A stretch of DNA of 64,000 bases from a virus (lineage: Duplodnaviria; Caudoviricetes), in IMG/VR virus record IMGVR_UViG_3300032269_000703, positions 1 through 64,000 of that record; one strand, written 5' to 3'. A model generated the notes under the pieces. The model made no database searches, was not told where the DNA came from, and saw only the letters and a list, made by a program, of their open reading frames with translations. How positions within the stretch are numbered: position 1 is the stretch's first letter; each line of letters opens with the position of its first letter. Position numbers and translations under genes: made by a program. Shown piece after piece: positions 1 through 9,756 of this stretch.

Positions 1-1
1 G

Positions 2-556
2 CTATACGGAAGGTTTGTTTGTACCGCTTGTGACTTTTCCCTATTTGATCTAGGACCTATTGAATGTCCTGCATGTGGTAAGCCGACTATGGAGTATCGT
101 GAAGTAACTCTTGTGGATAATGATCTACGTATTGCTGGTCATACAGATGGTTGGATTAAAGGTATTGGAGACGATACTCTAATTGAGATTAAGTCTATTG
201 GTCCAGGCACTATTCGTTCAGAAGCACCACAGCTAATGTCAGAAGCAGATGGTGACTTTATGAAGGCATGGAACGCTATTCGTCGTCCATTCCCTAGCCA
301 TATTCTTCAGGGTCAGGTTTACCTGGAATTAATGAAGCGCATGGGTCATGAAGTAAACGAGATTGTATTTTTATATGAACTTAAGGCAGACCAGTCATAC
401 AAAGAGTTCAAGGTAAAGGCTGACTACGAAATTGTAGAGCACGTATTTGAAGGCGCTGAAAAGGTAGTAAAAGCTGTTGAAGCTGGTATTGTTCCAGATT
501 GTAACAACAACCCTGGCGGTACCTGCAAGCAATGCGACCCTTATAAGGAGGACTAA
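2..556 (+). CDS. Cas4-like / PD-(D/E)XK exonuclease, 5'-truncated by the window edge
   Basis: The frame is open from base 2 (LYGRFVCTAC...ECPACGKPTMEY). It has GHTDG...IEIKS nuclease motifs, a QxxxY motif (QGQVY) and a C-terminal Cys cluster (C...CKQC). Confidence 0.75.
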   Translation, partial: LYGRFVCTACDFSLFDLGPIECPACGKPTMEYREVTLVDNDLRIAGHTDGWIKGIGDDTLIEIKSIGPGTIRSEAPQLMSEADGDFMKAWNAIRRPFPSHILQGQVYLELMKRMGHEVNEIVFLYELKADQSYKEFKVKADYEIVEHVFEGAEKVVKAVEAGIVPDCNNNPGGTCKQCDPYKED

Positions 557-1002
557 TGTCTGCACTAGACAAGTTTAAAGACTGGAATCTTACATTTAAT
601 AAACCAGGTATTGATCAGGTTCACTTACCAGACGATATCACTGCAATTGACTCAGAAAATCTAGGTAAGCTGTTTACAGAACTAACTGCATGGACAGACT
701 ACATTGAGTCTCAAACTGCTATGGCAATTCTAGAAGAACGTGCTGCTTTAAAAGCTAAAGACTATCAAGAAAATCTTATGATGATCAAGCGCATGGGCAC
801 CACTGTAAAAGGTGAGCGCATTACTATTATTAAAGCTGAAATTGCGACACACCCGGACATTGTAGCACTTGACAATACGTACGAAGAGAAGTATGCTTAT
901 CGTAAGCTAGTTGAAATGCTACTGACAAACCACGAGCGTGACCTATCCCTGGTTAGCCGTGAAATTACACGTCGTACCAACGACTACAGGAGGAACATTT
1001 AA
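556..1002 (+). CDS. Helical protein, possibly UvsY-like recombination mediator
   Basis: 148 aa, coiled-coil character, coupled (TAATG) to the exonuclease. Resemblance to UvsY is weak. Confidence 0.35.
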   Translation: MSALDKFKDWNLTFNKPGIDQVHLPDDITAIDSENLGKLFTELTAWTDYIESQTAMAILEERAALKAKDYQENLMMIKRMGTTVKGERITIIKAEIATHPDIVALDNTYEEKYAYRKLVEMLLTNHERDLSLVSREITRRTNDYRRNI

Positions 1003-1394
1003 TGGGGTACATGAAGGAACTATACACAGAAATGCACACAGAAACAGAGGATAACATGCCAAAATTTGAAGATCTACCAGAACATCTAAAAGAAGAAATT
1101 CGTAAAAATGGTTTAAACACAGAGTTTCAAGAAGCTGTTCAGCAAAAATTCCAGCACGCTAAGCACGTACTTTTAAGCAAGCACAAGGACTATGGACCAA
1201 CCAACATTAGCCTAAGTCCAGGTGGACCACTAAATGGTTTGCGTGTACGTATGCACGATAAAATGGCTCGCATTAATCATCTGATTGATACAGGAGCTAC
1301 GCCAGAACATGAATCACTAAAAGACTCTTTCCTAGATTTGGCAAACTATGCTATTATTGCTATGCTCGTTCTAGATGACGAGTGGGATAAGTAA
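1002..1394 (+). CDS. DUF1599 / nucleotide-modification-associated domain protein
   Basis: KHKDYG...RMHDKMARI...ESLKDSFLDLANYAII pattern is typical of this dNTP pyrophosphatase-like helical family. Confidence 0.7.
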   Translation: MGYMKELYTEMHTETEDNMPKFEDLPEHLKEEIRKNGLNTEFQEAVQQKFQHAKHVLLSKHKDYGPTNISLSPGGPLNGLRVRMHDKMARINHLIDTGATPEHESLKDSFLDLANYAIIAMLVLDDEWDK

Positions 1395-1416
1395 GAAATA
1401 AACTAAGGAAGGTAAA

Positions 1417-1641
1417 ATGTCATTTGATTATGACCGTTGGTTAGAAAGCCCTTACACTGATGCAGGCGAGCCTTGTGAGCATGTCTGTCCAGAATGTGAA
1501 GGTGAAGGAACAGCTTGGGACGAAGAAAACCAAGTAGCAATAGAAGACGAGCCTTGTCCAGCCTGTAAAGGTGAAGGATCCTGTGATGGTGGATGTGAAC
1601 CAGATGAACCAGACTACAGTTGGGAACCAGAGGACTACTAA
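1417..1641 (+). CDS. Small acidic protein with DnaJ-type CxxCxGxG zinc finger
   Basis: CPECEGEG and CPACKGEG motifs; AGGAAGG RBS upstream. Confidence 0.55.
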   Translation: MSFDYDRWLESPYTDAGEPCEHVCPECEGEGTAWDEENQVAIEDEPCPACKGEGSCDGGCEPDEPDYSWEPEDY

Positions 1642-1737
1642 TGACTGAAGCACAAACAGAGCGTATTATACAGCTACTAGGGATTATTGCACGCGGATCA
1701 AATCCTGACTGGGGCAATATCATCAAAAAGATTGTAG

Positions 1738-1965
1738 ATGATCATGAGTAGTGAGCTAAAAATGGTGCTCATTACTTTTATAGCAATTACTGTAGGTATC
1801 TTGGCTTTTATTTGGGGTAACAACCTTCCTGAATGCCACGAAGTTAAGTACCAAGACTTGTCAGGAACACATAGCAAGACTGAATGTCATACAAAAGATT
1901 ACATAAACTGTTGGGATAACTACACAACAGAACACGAAGCAATAAAAGCCTGTGAAGGAAAATAG
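1738..1965 (+). CDS. Small membrane-anchored hypothetical protein
   Basis: N-terminal hydrophobic helix followed by four Cys. Confidence 0.45.
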   Translation: MIMSSELKMVLITFIAITVGILAFIWGNNLPECHEVKYQDLSGTHSKTECHTKDYINCWDNYTTEHEAIKACEGK

Positions 1966-2066
1966 ATGGAACAAATAGCATGGATACTAGGCGGATTTGC
2001 CATAGGGTACTTTATAATGAAAGCCGCCTCAGCATTTATTAACTGGGTAGAAAAACATGAAAAGAA

Positions 2067-2651
2067 ATGACCGAAAAAGTATTTGGCACTGAAATAAACG
2101 GATCGATGACTGTATCTATAGGAATAGACCAGTCATTGACCGGTTTTGCCGTAACTATTTTAGATGTAGATAACCCCACTAATTACCGAACTTGGGTGTA
2201 TAAATCCCCTTATCGAGGCGTGAAAAGACTTGTAGATATCTCCTCCTGGTTAGTTAAGAAACTAGAATTAGTTGAAGAGAGATATGTAGTAGATGTTGCC
2301 ATGGAAGGCACAGTCTTAGCTAGCCATTCTGCACTAGTTTTAGGTGAACTAGCAGCTGTGGTTAAAATTGTTTTCTGGTCATTTTTTGAAGACTGGGACC
2401 ACCAAGACCACCTAAGAGTCCCCCTGCAGATTCCGCCAATGACCCTAAAAAAGTATGCTGCTGGTAAAGGTAACGCTAAAAAGCAAGAGATGCTCATGCA
2501 GATATACAAGCGATATGGGGTAGAGTTCAACGACGACAATGCTGCTGATAGCTATGGATTGGCTAGAATGGCAGGAAAACTGCATATAAATGATGTAGAA
2601 GCTCAAATAATTGAACAAATAAAAGATCCTAAATACCGAGATTCTTTGTGA
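2067..2651 (+). CDS. ruvC: RuvC-like Holliday junction resolvase
   Basis: IGIDQSLTGFAV, AMEG, PMTLKKYAAGKGNAKKQEM and DDNAADSYGLA match the RuvC catalytic motifs. Confidence 0.85.
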   Translation: MTEKVFGTEINGSMTVSIGIDQSLTGFAVTILDVDNPTNYRTWVYKSPYRGVKRLVDISSWLVKKLELVEERYVVDVAMEGTVLASHSALVLGELAAVVKIVFWSFFEDWDHQDHLRVPLQIPPMTLKKYAAGKGNAKKQEMLMQIYKRYGVEFNDDNAADSYGLARMAGKLHINDVEAQIIEQIKDPKYRDSL

Positions 2652-2709
2652 GTTTTCTGTCATCCTATATAGGAGGATGGCGCACTATACCGAAAACTAA
2701 GGATCACAA

Positions 2710-3003
2710 ATGAGTGAAGAAATCGACATCCCATCCACAGAAGAACCTTTTCTTAGGGTTTCAAATGGATCTAATCCACAATCTGTAGCATCAGCAATCG
2801 CACACGCTATTTATGAAAATAGACAAGTAAAACTACGAGCAGTAGGTGCAGGTGCAGTAAACCAGGCAGTTAAAGCAATAGCAATTGCCAGAGGTTACGT
2901 AGCTCCACGCGGGTTTGACCTGACATGCAAGCCAGGATTTACTACTATTGAATCACGAGATGGCGAAATTTCCGCAATGACTTTTGCGGTAATGGCAAGT
3001 TAA
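2710..3003 (+). CDS. spoVS: SpoVS family (Alba-like fold) protein
   Basis: LRVSNGSNPQSVASAIAHAI...LRAVGAGAVNQAVKAIAIARGYVAPRGFDL.CKPGF is the SpoVS signature. Confidence 0.9.
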   Translation: MSEEIDIPSTEEPFLRVSNGSNPQSVASAIAHAIYENRQVKLRAVGAGAVNQAVKAIAIARGYVAPRGFDLTCKPGFTTIESRDGEISAMTFAVMAS

Positions 3004-3013
3004 GGAGCCACTA

Positions 3014-3463
3014 ATGGCAAGAGCAAGTAAGCTAGGTCACGCCATGCGTCGTCGTATGGGTGTTCCATCAAGTTATTCACAGACAGCAGGTAAAAACATG
3101 AGCAGAATGCACAAAACGTCAGATGAACACTATGCAGACCAGTCAGCTGCAGGTAGTGCAAGAATTCCAATGGGTTCAGACATTTACAATGTAGATGCAG
3201 TTGCCCCAGAAATGGGTACACTAATACCTAAGAAGAACGTGCAAGCTGGTGACCCTGTAAATCCAGGTAGTAAATCTGGTGGTCGTCCACAAGTATTAAA
3301 TGCTGGTGGAGAGCGTCTAGGTGCTGCATTTGTACCTAAAGCTACATACACAGTAATTGACCCAGCAGCTGGTCTAACCATGCGCAATGCAAGAGTTATC
3401 CCATCAGTTGCAGGTCGTGCAACCCCTAACTTTGGTATGGGAATTCAAACTTCTCAACAATAA
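3014..3463 (+). CDS. Hypothetical Gly/Pro-rich protein
   Basis: 149-aa ORF with AAGGAG RBS. Confidence 0.55.
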   Translation: MARASKLGHAMRRRMGVPSSYSQTAGKNMSRMHKTSDEHYADQSAAGSARIPMGSDIYNVDAVAPEMGTLIPKKNVQAGDPVNPGSKSGGRPQVLNAGGERLGAAFVPKATYTVIDPAAGLTMRNARVIPSVAGRATPNFGMGIQTSQQ

Positions 3464-3474
3464 AAAGGCAGTAA

Positions 3475-3741
3475 ATGCTAAAAGAGTTAAAAGAGATTAC
3501 TCCACCACCGGCAGCTGAAGGTATGCCTAACGTTGACGTACCCGATAACTTTGCGCAAGCAACAATCCACTCAGCCCAAACTAACACCACTCAAGGTCAA
3601 ACGACCTCATGGTTATCTAGAGCACAGCATGGAACCCCTAAAGGTCTGAGTAAGTTTAATAGAAAAACTTATATGGACTGGGGCGATGAAAATACTGCTC
3701 AAATGCCTCAATCTCTACGAGCACAACCGATGGGTATGTAA
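3475..3741 (+). CDS. Hypothetical protein
   Basis: 88-aa ORF in a tightly packed operon. Confidence 0.5.
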   Translation: MLKELKEITPPPAAEGMPNVDVPDNFAQATIHSAQTNTTQGQTTSWLSRAQHGTPKGLSKFNRKTYMDWGDENTAQMPQSLRAQPMGM

Positions 3742-4274
3742 TGGCTGGATCAGTTAATAACTATAGCCCAAGTCAAAACTGGCAATCGCTAGGTGCTAAT
3801 GGGTTAATGGGTTATAACAACCAAGGTGGTCAGGGTCTTCCTGTAGCTCGTGGTGAACTTGATGCTATCCGTATTGGTACAGGTAGAGTTCCTAGCGCAG
3901 AATACCCTGATGGTTATTTAGGAACGATCCGTTCTAGACGTGATGATCGCCTACTAGACTCAATCAAAAATCGTATTGGTCAAAAGGCATACCAGCGTGG
4001 TGTTCACAGAGGTGAGCGTGTCGAAGCATCTGCCTACTTCTGGGATAGAGAATTTAATGACCAGATGGGCATCAAGCGTCAGAGCCGTGCCAAGTATGTT
4101 AACAATAATGGTGCGATGATGTACATGACTCCTAAAGGTGCTCCAGACATCAGACTAACCCCTGCTCCACACCTAGTAAATGACGGTAAATCAAATATGC
4201 GCTCAGATCAACCAGGCGTGCTAAATGTCCAACGTGCACAAGCGTTGACCTACTTAAAACCAGTTTGGAAGTAA
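3741..4274 (+). CDS. Hypothetical protein (possible virion component)
   Basis: 177 aa, Gly/Asn/Arg-rich, TAATG-coupled. Confidence 0.55.
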   Translation: MAGSVNNYSPSQNWQSLGANGLMGYNNQGGQGLPVARGELDAIRIGTGRVPSAEYPDGYLGTIRSRRDDRLLDSIKNRIGQKAYQRGVHRGERVEASAYFWDREFNDQMGIKRQSRAKYVNNNGAMMYMTPKGAPDIRLTPAPHLVNDGKSNMRSDQPGVLNVQRAQALTYLKPVWK

Positions 4275-4275
4275 A

Positions 4276-4536
4276 ATGCCCCTTTTTAATCATAGAAACA
4301 AAGCAGGTACTGGTCAAGGTAAAGTTGTAAAACTACCTTCTAATAACTTGTTTGATTACGACAACCCAGCACATACAACAGCACCAGCAGCAAGCCCTGC
4401 CGTAAAAGCAGAAGCCGCAAAAATGTTAGCAATGACACCAGAACAAAGAAAAGCACATCTTGCTGCAAACCCAAGACCTGATAAGTCTAAGCCAGACGAA
4501 AGACTTGCAGAAATGAATAGACAGACGTTTTTTTAG
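4276..4536 (+). CDS. Hypothetical protein
   Basis: 86-aa ORF in operon. Confidence 0.5.
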   Translation: MPLFNHRNKAGTGQGKVVKLPSNNLFDYDNPAHTTAPAASPAVKAEAAKMLAMTPEQRKAHLAANPRPDKSKPDERLAEMNRQTFF

Positions 4537-4542
4537 AAAATA

Positions 4543-4938
4543 ATGCCATCACAAATAGCTGATAAAGGGTTTGGTTACGGTACCAATGAGGTAGACGGTC
4601 GTTATGACTACACCAAGCCATGGGTTACCAATACCCCAAGTGGTATGGGACCTAAATGGGGTTACCTAGGACCTTGGGCGTCAAATATGGAGCGCCTAAC
4701 TCAGCAAGCATTGATGGTAGCAACTATTCCTGGTGTACAAATTCAGGATATGGTAAGACCGCCTCTACCACAAATTCAACTTTTTCCAGATAGATATGGA
4801 TATGGAGACCGCACTCAACCTACAATTGAGGATGTAGTTTCTGTAGACCGTGTTTACATGGAGCCACGAGTATCCTGGTATTCTGGTAGCCCAGCTGGCT
4901 ATTCAGGTACTAGCCGAAACGCAACGGAGAGTAACTAA
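4543..4938 (+). CDS. Hypothetical Pro/Gly/Tyr-rich protein
   Basis: 131-aa ORF in operon. Confidence 0.5.
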   Translation: MPSQIADKGFGYGTNEVDGRYDYTKPWVTNTPSGMGPKWGYLGPWASNMERLTQQALMVATIPGVQIQDMVRPPLPQIQLFPDRYGYGDRTQPTIEDVVSVDRVYMEPRVSWYSGSPAGYSGTSRNATESN

Positions 4939-5192
4939 TGAGTAATGTACCAGATAGGTCTAATGACCCAAAAAGAAAAGTTCCATTTTCTGCAGAACAA
5001 GTTGCCCAAGCTAAACAAGATGCTCAACAGTTTGGCACTGCATGTAGTGGCACAAATGAGTCCCAATGTGATCCTAGTGTAGGAGTTATCTGTGATAAGC
5101 ATTGGAACGATGTTACTAAAAGCTATACCGCTCTTCTCAAATCAAAAGGTTTGAACAGAGCCGGTAACAGAAAAGGCAGAAAGAGACGCTAA
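4938..5192 (+). CDS. Hypothetical protein with VPDRxNxPxRK leader
   Basis: N-terminus MSNVPDRSNDPKRK is shared with the 5402 ORF; contains Cys/His cluster. Confidence 0.5.
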   Translation: MSNVPDRSNDPKRKVPFSAEQVAQAKQDAQQFGTACSGTNESQCDPSVGVICDKHWNDVTKSYTALLKSKGLNRAGNRKGRKRR

Positions 5193-5392
5193 TGGATGAT
5201 GGTGATGGCGCATACACGCTAGAATTACAGGCAGGTCAAATTGCCAGAAATGCAATGATTTATAAAGGATCAGCTCCTTGTCCACAATGTGGTGTAGTAG
5301 TAAACCCAGTAGAATACATGTACAATAATGGTCTATGTTCACCCTGCAAAGAACGCAGAATGCAGGCTAGAATTAAGAATAGAATGGTTTAA
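5192..5392 (+). CDS. Small zinc-ribbon protein
   Basis: CPQC...CSPC. Confidence 0.55.
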   Translation: MDDGDGAYTLELQAGQIARNAMIYKGSAPCPQCGVVVNPVEYMYNNGLCSPCKERRMQARIKNRMV

Positions 5393-5401
5393 GGAGCCAA
5401 G

Positions 5402-5824
5402 ATGTCAGTACCAGATCGCGGTAATCACCCAAACCGCAAAGCAACTTTCCAGTGCTTTGAATGCGGCAAAAATGCCCCTATCCATGAAGCTGGCGTAGAC
5501 GGCGTTTGTAATGCCTGTTTTGACGACCGTTATGCACTTGATGGTGGTTACTATGAGTGCACACACGTTAAAGCAGATGATAGTGGTATGTGTGACTACT
5601 GGGCTCAAGGCAACAACAAAGCTCAACGTCGCAATGACCTAGACCGTCACTTTGCCGAAGATCCAGAACACAATGAAGACCCTAACAGCAGGTATACTGA
5701 TGAGGATGAAGCGTCTAATTTCCATTCAAGTTTTGCGCCTTCTGATAGAGAAGAAGATGAGTTCCACGCAAACAAAGATCGCGATCGTGAAGAACCAAAA
5801 AGACCTTACGGAAAGAGTGAATAA
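5402..5824 (+). CDS. Zinc-finger protein with VPDRxNxPxRK leader and acidic tail
   Basis: MSVPDRGNHPNRK, CFEC...CNAC, a second C/C/H/H cluster; AAGGAG RBS. Confidence 0.55.
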   Translation: MSVPDRGNHPNRKATFQCFECGKNAPIHEAGVDGVCNACFDDRYALDGGYYECTHVKADDSGMCDYWAQGNNKAQRRNDLDRHFAEDPEHNEDPNSRYTDEDEASNFHSSFAPSDREEDEFHANKDRDREEPKRPYGKSE

Positions 5825-6036
5825 TGGCAGTTAACAGCAGTCGTTCAATGAACGCAAGCCTAGGCGAAGGATCAACTGACGGAAAATACCGTAAAATTCG
5901 CCCAGACACCGAAGTATCTGATATACTAGGTAATGAAAAGACTCTAGACAACAGACAGACCCTACACCCATTTTATGGGTATGGATTTGTTACCACTGAA
6001 TACCCAGACGCAGAGAAAGTAAATCCAGGTAAATAA
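5824..6036 (+). CDS. Hypothetical protein
   Basis: 70-aa coupled ORF. Confidence 0.5.
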   Translation: MAVNSSRSMNASLGEGSTDGKYRKIRPDTEVSDILGNEKTLDNRQTLHPFYGYGFVTTEYPDAEKVNPGK

Positions 6037-6038
6037 TT

Positions 6039-6317
6039 ATGCCAAAAGCAAAGCTAACTAAAGGTTTGGTTCGTAAAGCAACTAAACTAAACAAAGAAAT
6101 CTCAAAAAGCGAACTAAGAAAAGCAGGTGCTAACCAGGGTACCGTTAATGCAGGTCTTGGCGGTCGAAACGTTGCAAAAACAAAGCCTATTCGCGACAAG
6201 GTAGCATATGGAGTTGCAAAAGCAACTTCCGGAGCAACAGCAGCCGGAATTTCACCTAAAAAATCTGCAAAAATTGTTAAGTCAGCCTCTAACTACGCAT
6301 TTAAAAAATCCCAGTAA
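6039..6317 (+). CDS. Small Lys/Ala-rich basic protein
   Basis: Highly basic 92 aa, similar in composition to the 61288 and 62177 ORFs. Confidence 0.55.
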   Translation: MPKAKLTKGLVRKATKLNKEISKSELRKAGANQGTVNAGLGGRNVAKTKPIRDKVAYGVAKATSGATAAGISPKKSAKIVKSASNYAFKKSQ

Positions 6318-6356
6318 TATTACCAGATCTACTTAATCATTAATAAGGAATAATAA

Positions 6357-6920
6357 ATGGCAGAAGCACCACTAATTGGATCACGCGACTTACAACATAA
6401 AGGTCCTTTAATTCGCCTACTTCGTTGTATGGTGTGTAATAGCTGGGAAGAGCTACCAGACTGGGATGGCGCAGTAGAAGAAGATTTTCTACTAGAAGTC
6501 ACTATAGAAAAACACAAGTTCCCTTCAGGCGAACCACACAAAGGTAAGCTATTTAAGATTCCTATGTCATACTGGGCTGATCGTGAAAAGCGCAAAGCTG
6601 TACTAGACCAACTAGGTGGCGGTGGTTCACTAGGTCTAGACGCATTTGACCCAGATAAGTCATTCTACGACAGCAAGATGCAATTCTCAGAAGATGCAAT
6701 GACATGCTGGAAATCCAAGCTAAAGCCTACAGATGGTTGTGCCGAATATGGTTCAGCCGAAAAGCGTATTCTACCTAAGACAGCAGTAGAACGTAAAGAA
6801 CTAGGATTACCTAGCCCAGCAGATGCTCCAGGTCCAAAGATTTATATCTGTAATTTTTGCCCTATGCACTCAGTTATCACAACCAAGAATCGTCAGAAAC
6901 AAGGAATGTACGATAAGTAA
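6357..6920 (+). CDS. Hypothetical Cys/His-containing (zinc-binding) protein
   Basis: CMVC, H..H and CNFCPMH motifs; AAGGA RBS. Confidence 0.55.
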   Translation: MAEAPLIGSRDLQHKGPLIRLLRCMVCNSWEELPDWDGAVEEDFLLEVTIEKHKFPSGEPHKGKLFKIPMSYWADREKRKAVLDQLGGGGSLGLDAFDPDKSFYDSKMQFSEDAMTCWKSKLKPTDGCAEYGSAEKRILPKTAVERKELGLPSPADAPGPKIYICNFCPMHSVITTKNRQKQGMYDK

Positions 6921-7051
6921 TGGCAAAAGGCAAATCAGCACCAGCACCAGTTGTAAAAAGTGGTAGCGGTCGTAACAATGGTAAGGCGTCTAAAAAGCGC
7001 CCTAAAGTATTCGACGCAGTAAAGCGTCGTTTAGTAAACAAGGAGAAATAA
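6920..7051 (+). CDS. Small basic protein (43 aa, not in ORF track)
   Basis: MAKGKSAPAPVVKSGSGRNNGKASKKRPKVFDAVKRRLVNKEK fills the gap between coupled genes. Confidence 0.55.
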   Translation: MAKGKSAPAPVVKSGSGRNNGKASKKRPKVFDAVKRRLVNKEK

Positions 7052-7336
7052 ATGGATACCTATTTCGTAGTAACAATCAACTCAGATGGTACTTTTGAGA
7101 TGCACTCAGAACTACCAGAAAACCTAGAAAAAAGCCACGAGATCACTATTTCTGAGATCTACACTGTAGTCAAGCAGATTGTACAGAACGTAGAAGCACA
7201 GATGGTAGCAGATCGCGTTACAAATGCAGTTTTGTCCGCTCTAGCACCGCAGGTTGAGCAGACTGTACCCGACAAGGTAAAAGAAAAGCTAAAAGAACGC
7301 GGAATTAAGACCGATTCTAGCGAGGAGACAGCGTAG
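7052..7336 (+). CDS. Hypothetical protein
   Basis: 94 aa, AAGGAG RBS. Confidence 0.55.
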   Translation: MDTYFVVTINSDGTFEMHSELPENLEKSHEITISEIYTVVKQIVQNVEAQMVADRVTNAVLSALAPQVEQTVPDKVKEKLKERGIKTDSSEETA

Positions 7337-7345
7337 AATAGTCTT

Positions 7346-8233
7346 ATGACTATTAACGCTAGACCTACCTCGTATTTCAGCGTGCCCAGTCCTACCCTGG
7401 ATCCTAAACTATTTCAGGGTAGGACTTTGCATTCTGGCGTTAGATCAGAAATTACTGCTATTTTAGATAAGTATCTAAATACTAAGTACAACCATCCTGA
7501 AATCTGGTCACATGCATGGTTAGCAGGGTCAGGTGTTTCATTCCAATGGCAAGCCAATAGGCAGCCAGGTGATTTGGATTGTTTAGTAGGCGTAGACTTC
7601 CCACAGTTTAGACGTGCCAACCCATCATACCAAGGTCTGTCAGATTCAGAGATCAGTTCTGAAATCAATGAAGGATTTAAGTCAGAACTAGACCTACAGA
7701 CCAACAACTGGAATGGGTACGAGCTAACATTTTATGTTAACCCATCAGCTACAGATATTAAAACTATTCGTCCTTATGCAGCGTATGACCTAAAGTATGA
7801 CGAGTGGACAGTTACACCAGACCCACAAATGCAGCCGCCTCATAATCTGGAATGGGAGAAGGTAGTTGCCGAAGATTCAAATAAAGCCACCCAAATTCAT
7901 ACACGCGTTACAGCTGCAATTAACGAAATCCAGATGTCAACTAATCCAGCAGTAAAAAGAAATGCTGAGCTAAAGGCAGTTAGTGCAGGACAGCAAGGAT
8001 TAGCACTATTTAATGAGATCCACTCTAATCGTAGCCAAGCGTTTAGCCCAAGTGGTAAGGGGTATGCAGATTTCAATAATTACCGCTGGCAAGCAGGTAA
8101 ACGCGAAGGCACAGTACAAAAACTAAAAGGTATCAGCAAATACCTATCAGGACTATCATCAACAAGTTATGGTGTAGAGCTGCCAGATGCAGCCACCCTA
8201 ATTCGTAGATCCGCAGTATATAGGAGTCAATAA
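7346..8233 (+). CDS. Pol-beta superfamily nucleotidyltransferase-like protein
   Basis: LAGSGVS...GDLDCLVGVD (hG[GS]x9-13DhDh) with a later acidic residue in YELTFY. Confidence 0.65.
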   Translation: MTINARPTSYFSVPSPTLDPKLFQGRTLHSGVRSEITAILDKYLNTKYNHPEIWSHAWLAGSGVSFQWQANRQPGDLDCLVGVDFPQFRRANPSYQGLSDSEISSEINEGFKSELDLQTNNWNGYELTFYVNPSATDIKTIRPYAAYDLKYDEWTVTPDPQMQPPHNLEWEKVVAEDSNKATQIHTRVTAAINEIQMSTNPAVKRNAELKAVSAGQQGLALFNEIHSNRSQAFSPSGKGYADFNNYRWQAGKREGTVQKLKGISKYLSGLSSTSYGVELPDAATLIRRSAVYRSQ

Positions 8234-8664
8234 TGTCTGATGAAAACATTGGAAAACAATTTAAAGGAATTGCAGGAAACTTACTGCTTTCTGATGCGTC
8301 AGATAGCCTAGAACAAATGAAAAATATTGTAAGACCGTACTCTGACAAAGTATTTGCAGACAATATGATGTCAGACAAAGATCAACTTCGTCATCCAGCT
8401 ATTTATGCCCATAATGAGTTGTACTTTGCTGGACTGTCATTAGCATCAGCAACTAATCATCACAATTACAATGATTGGGTAGATGCAGTTCCTGAACTAA
8501 TGAAATCTAGTGCAAGAGTGATCAACGCAGCCACAGGTCTAATAGGAGATGCAGGCAAACTACCATTAGATAGCGATCATCAAGCAGAGTTTAAAAACCA
8601 TTTTGATAATTTCCACTCAAAATTAAATGATTACGTTAACTTATATGGAGATTTAGAAAGATAG
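8233..8664 (+). CDS. Helical His-rich hypothetical protein with NIGKQF leader
   Basis: N-terminus MSDENIGKQF. Confidence 0.55.
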   Translation: MSDENIGKQFKGIAGNLLLSDASDSLEQMKNIVRPYSDKVFADNMMSDKDQLRHPAIYAHNELYFAGLSLASATNHHNYNDWVDAVPELMKSSARVINAATGLIGDAGKLPLDSDHQAEFKNHFDNFHSKLNDYVNLYGDLER

Positions 8665-8763
8665 CCGTGTCATTAAAAGATACATGCCACAAATGTAGTC
8701 ATGAATTACTAGCAGGAATGTGCACAGAAGATTATTGTAAGTGTGATTGTTTAGGAGACGATT

Positions 8764-9267
8764 ATGAATAATAAACCAGAAGAACAACCAGAAGAAAACC
8801 CTAATATAGGCAAGCAGTTTGAGGAAATCATGGGTCAAAATATTTCTCCTAAAGAGGAACAAGACATGAAAATAAGAGCCCACGTAGATAATATATGGGA
8901 AATTCTAGGTGGTACAAATGATCCAGAAGAACAGCATGATCGGGACTACAAGCTACGTCGTCAAAGAATGGTAAACTTTCCCGACAATATGGTAAAAGAA
9001 GATGAAGATGGGCTACCACAAGTCGTTTACCACACCAAAGATAAATTAGGAAGAGAATGGAAGCATACCTGGAACGGATTTGCTTACATTGATCACCACC
9101 ATCCAAAGTATGGTCCAATTGAAGTAAGTAATTTGCATGACTATTCATTAAATTGGGGCGAGCAACCATACGAAAAAGGTCTATTTACTCCTCATGAGTT
9201 TTTACAGCACGTTAATTCGTTTACTGAAACAGCCCATGAAAATTATAAGGATGAAGATCTAAGATAA
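8764..9267 (+). CDS. Hypothetical protein with NIGKQF leader
   Basis: N-terminal ENPNIGKQF; AGGAG RBS. Confidence 0.55.
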   Translation: MNNKPEEQPEENPNIGKQFEEIMGQNISPKEEQDMKIRAHVDNIWEILGGTNDPEEQHDRDYKLRRQRMVNFPDNMVKEDEDGLPQVVYHTKDKLGREWKHTWNGFAYIDHHHPKYGPIEVSNLHDYSLNWGEQPYEKGLFTPHEFLQHVNSFTETAHENYKDEDLR

Positions 9268-9270
9268 CCA

Positions 9271-9756
9271 ATGAGAATATTAGTAGAAATAGATGGTGTA
9301 CTAAAAGATAGGAAAGACGGTGTTATTGCCACCGGATTTTTAATGTATGGACCATTAACAGCATATAATCAAGTTGTTTTAATGACAGAAATGACGCAAG
9401 CTGAAGCTGAGCGTTGGCTGAATGTAAATAAGATTGTAGACTATGATCTGCTAATTGACAAGTCAGTTCATCTAGAAACAGAAAATTTACAAGAACGTCA
9501 GATACAAGTAGCCCGTTCTCGTGGTAATATAGACTTATTCATAACTAGTAACCCTAAGTTATGGGTGTACGCATTTGATCAAGGTATTCCTAGCGTAATG
9601 TTTGGAGTACCTCAGTATTTACGTGCTGATTTTAGACCTGATGCACCAAAAAAGATTAGATCCTGGGATCAAATACAAGAAGCAGTAGAAAAACAGAACA
9701 TTTTAAAGACAAAAGACGCAAGATTACAACGGACTGAAGGACTAAACTTTGAGTAA
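9271..9756 (+). CDS. HAD-like fold protein, probably catalytically atypical
   Basis: MRILVEIDGVL resembles HAD motif I (DxDGxL) with the first Asp replaced by Glu. Confidence 0.5.
   Translation: MRILVEIDGVLKDRKDGVIATGFLMYGPLTAYNQVVLMTEMTQAEAERWLNVNKIVDYDLLIDKSVHLETENLQERQIQVARSRGNIDLFITSNPKLWVYAFDQGIPSVMFGVPQYLRADFRPDAPKKIRSWDQIQEAVEKQNILKTKDARLQRTEGLNFE

Noticed and set aside
2-556. Cas4 as evidence of a CRISPR-Cas locus
   Set aside because: No cas1/cas2 or array nearby; solo Cas4-like nucleases are common phage recombination genes.
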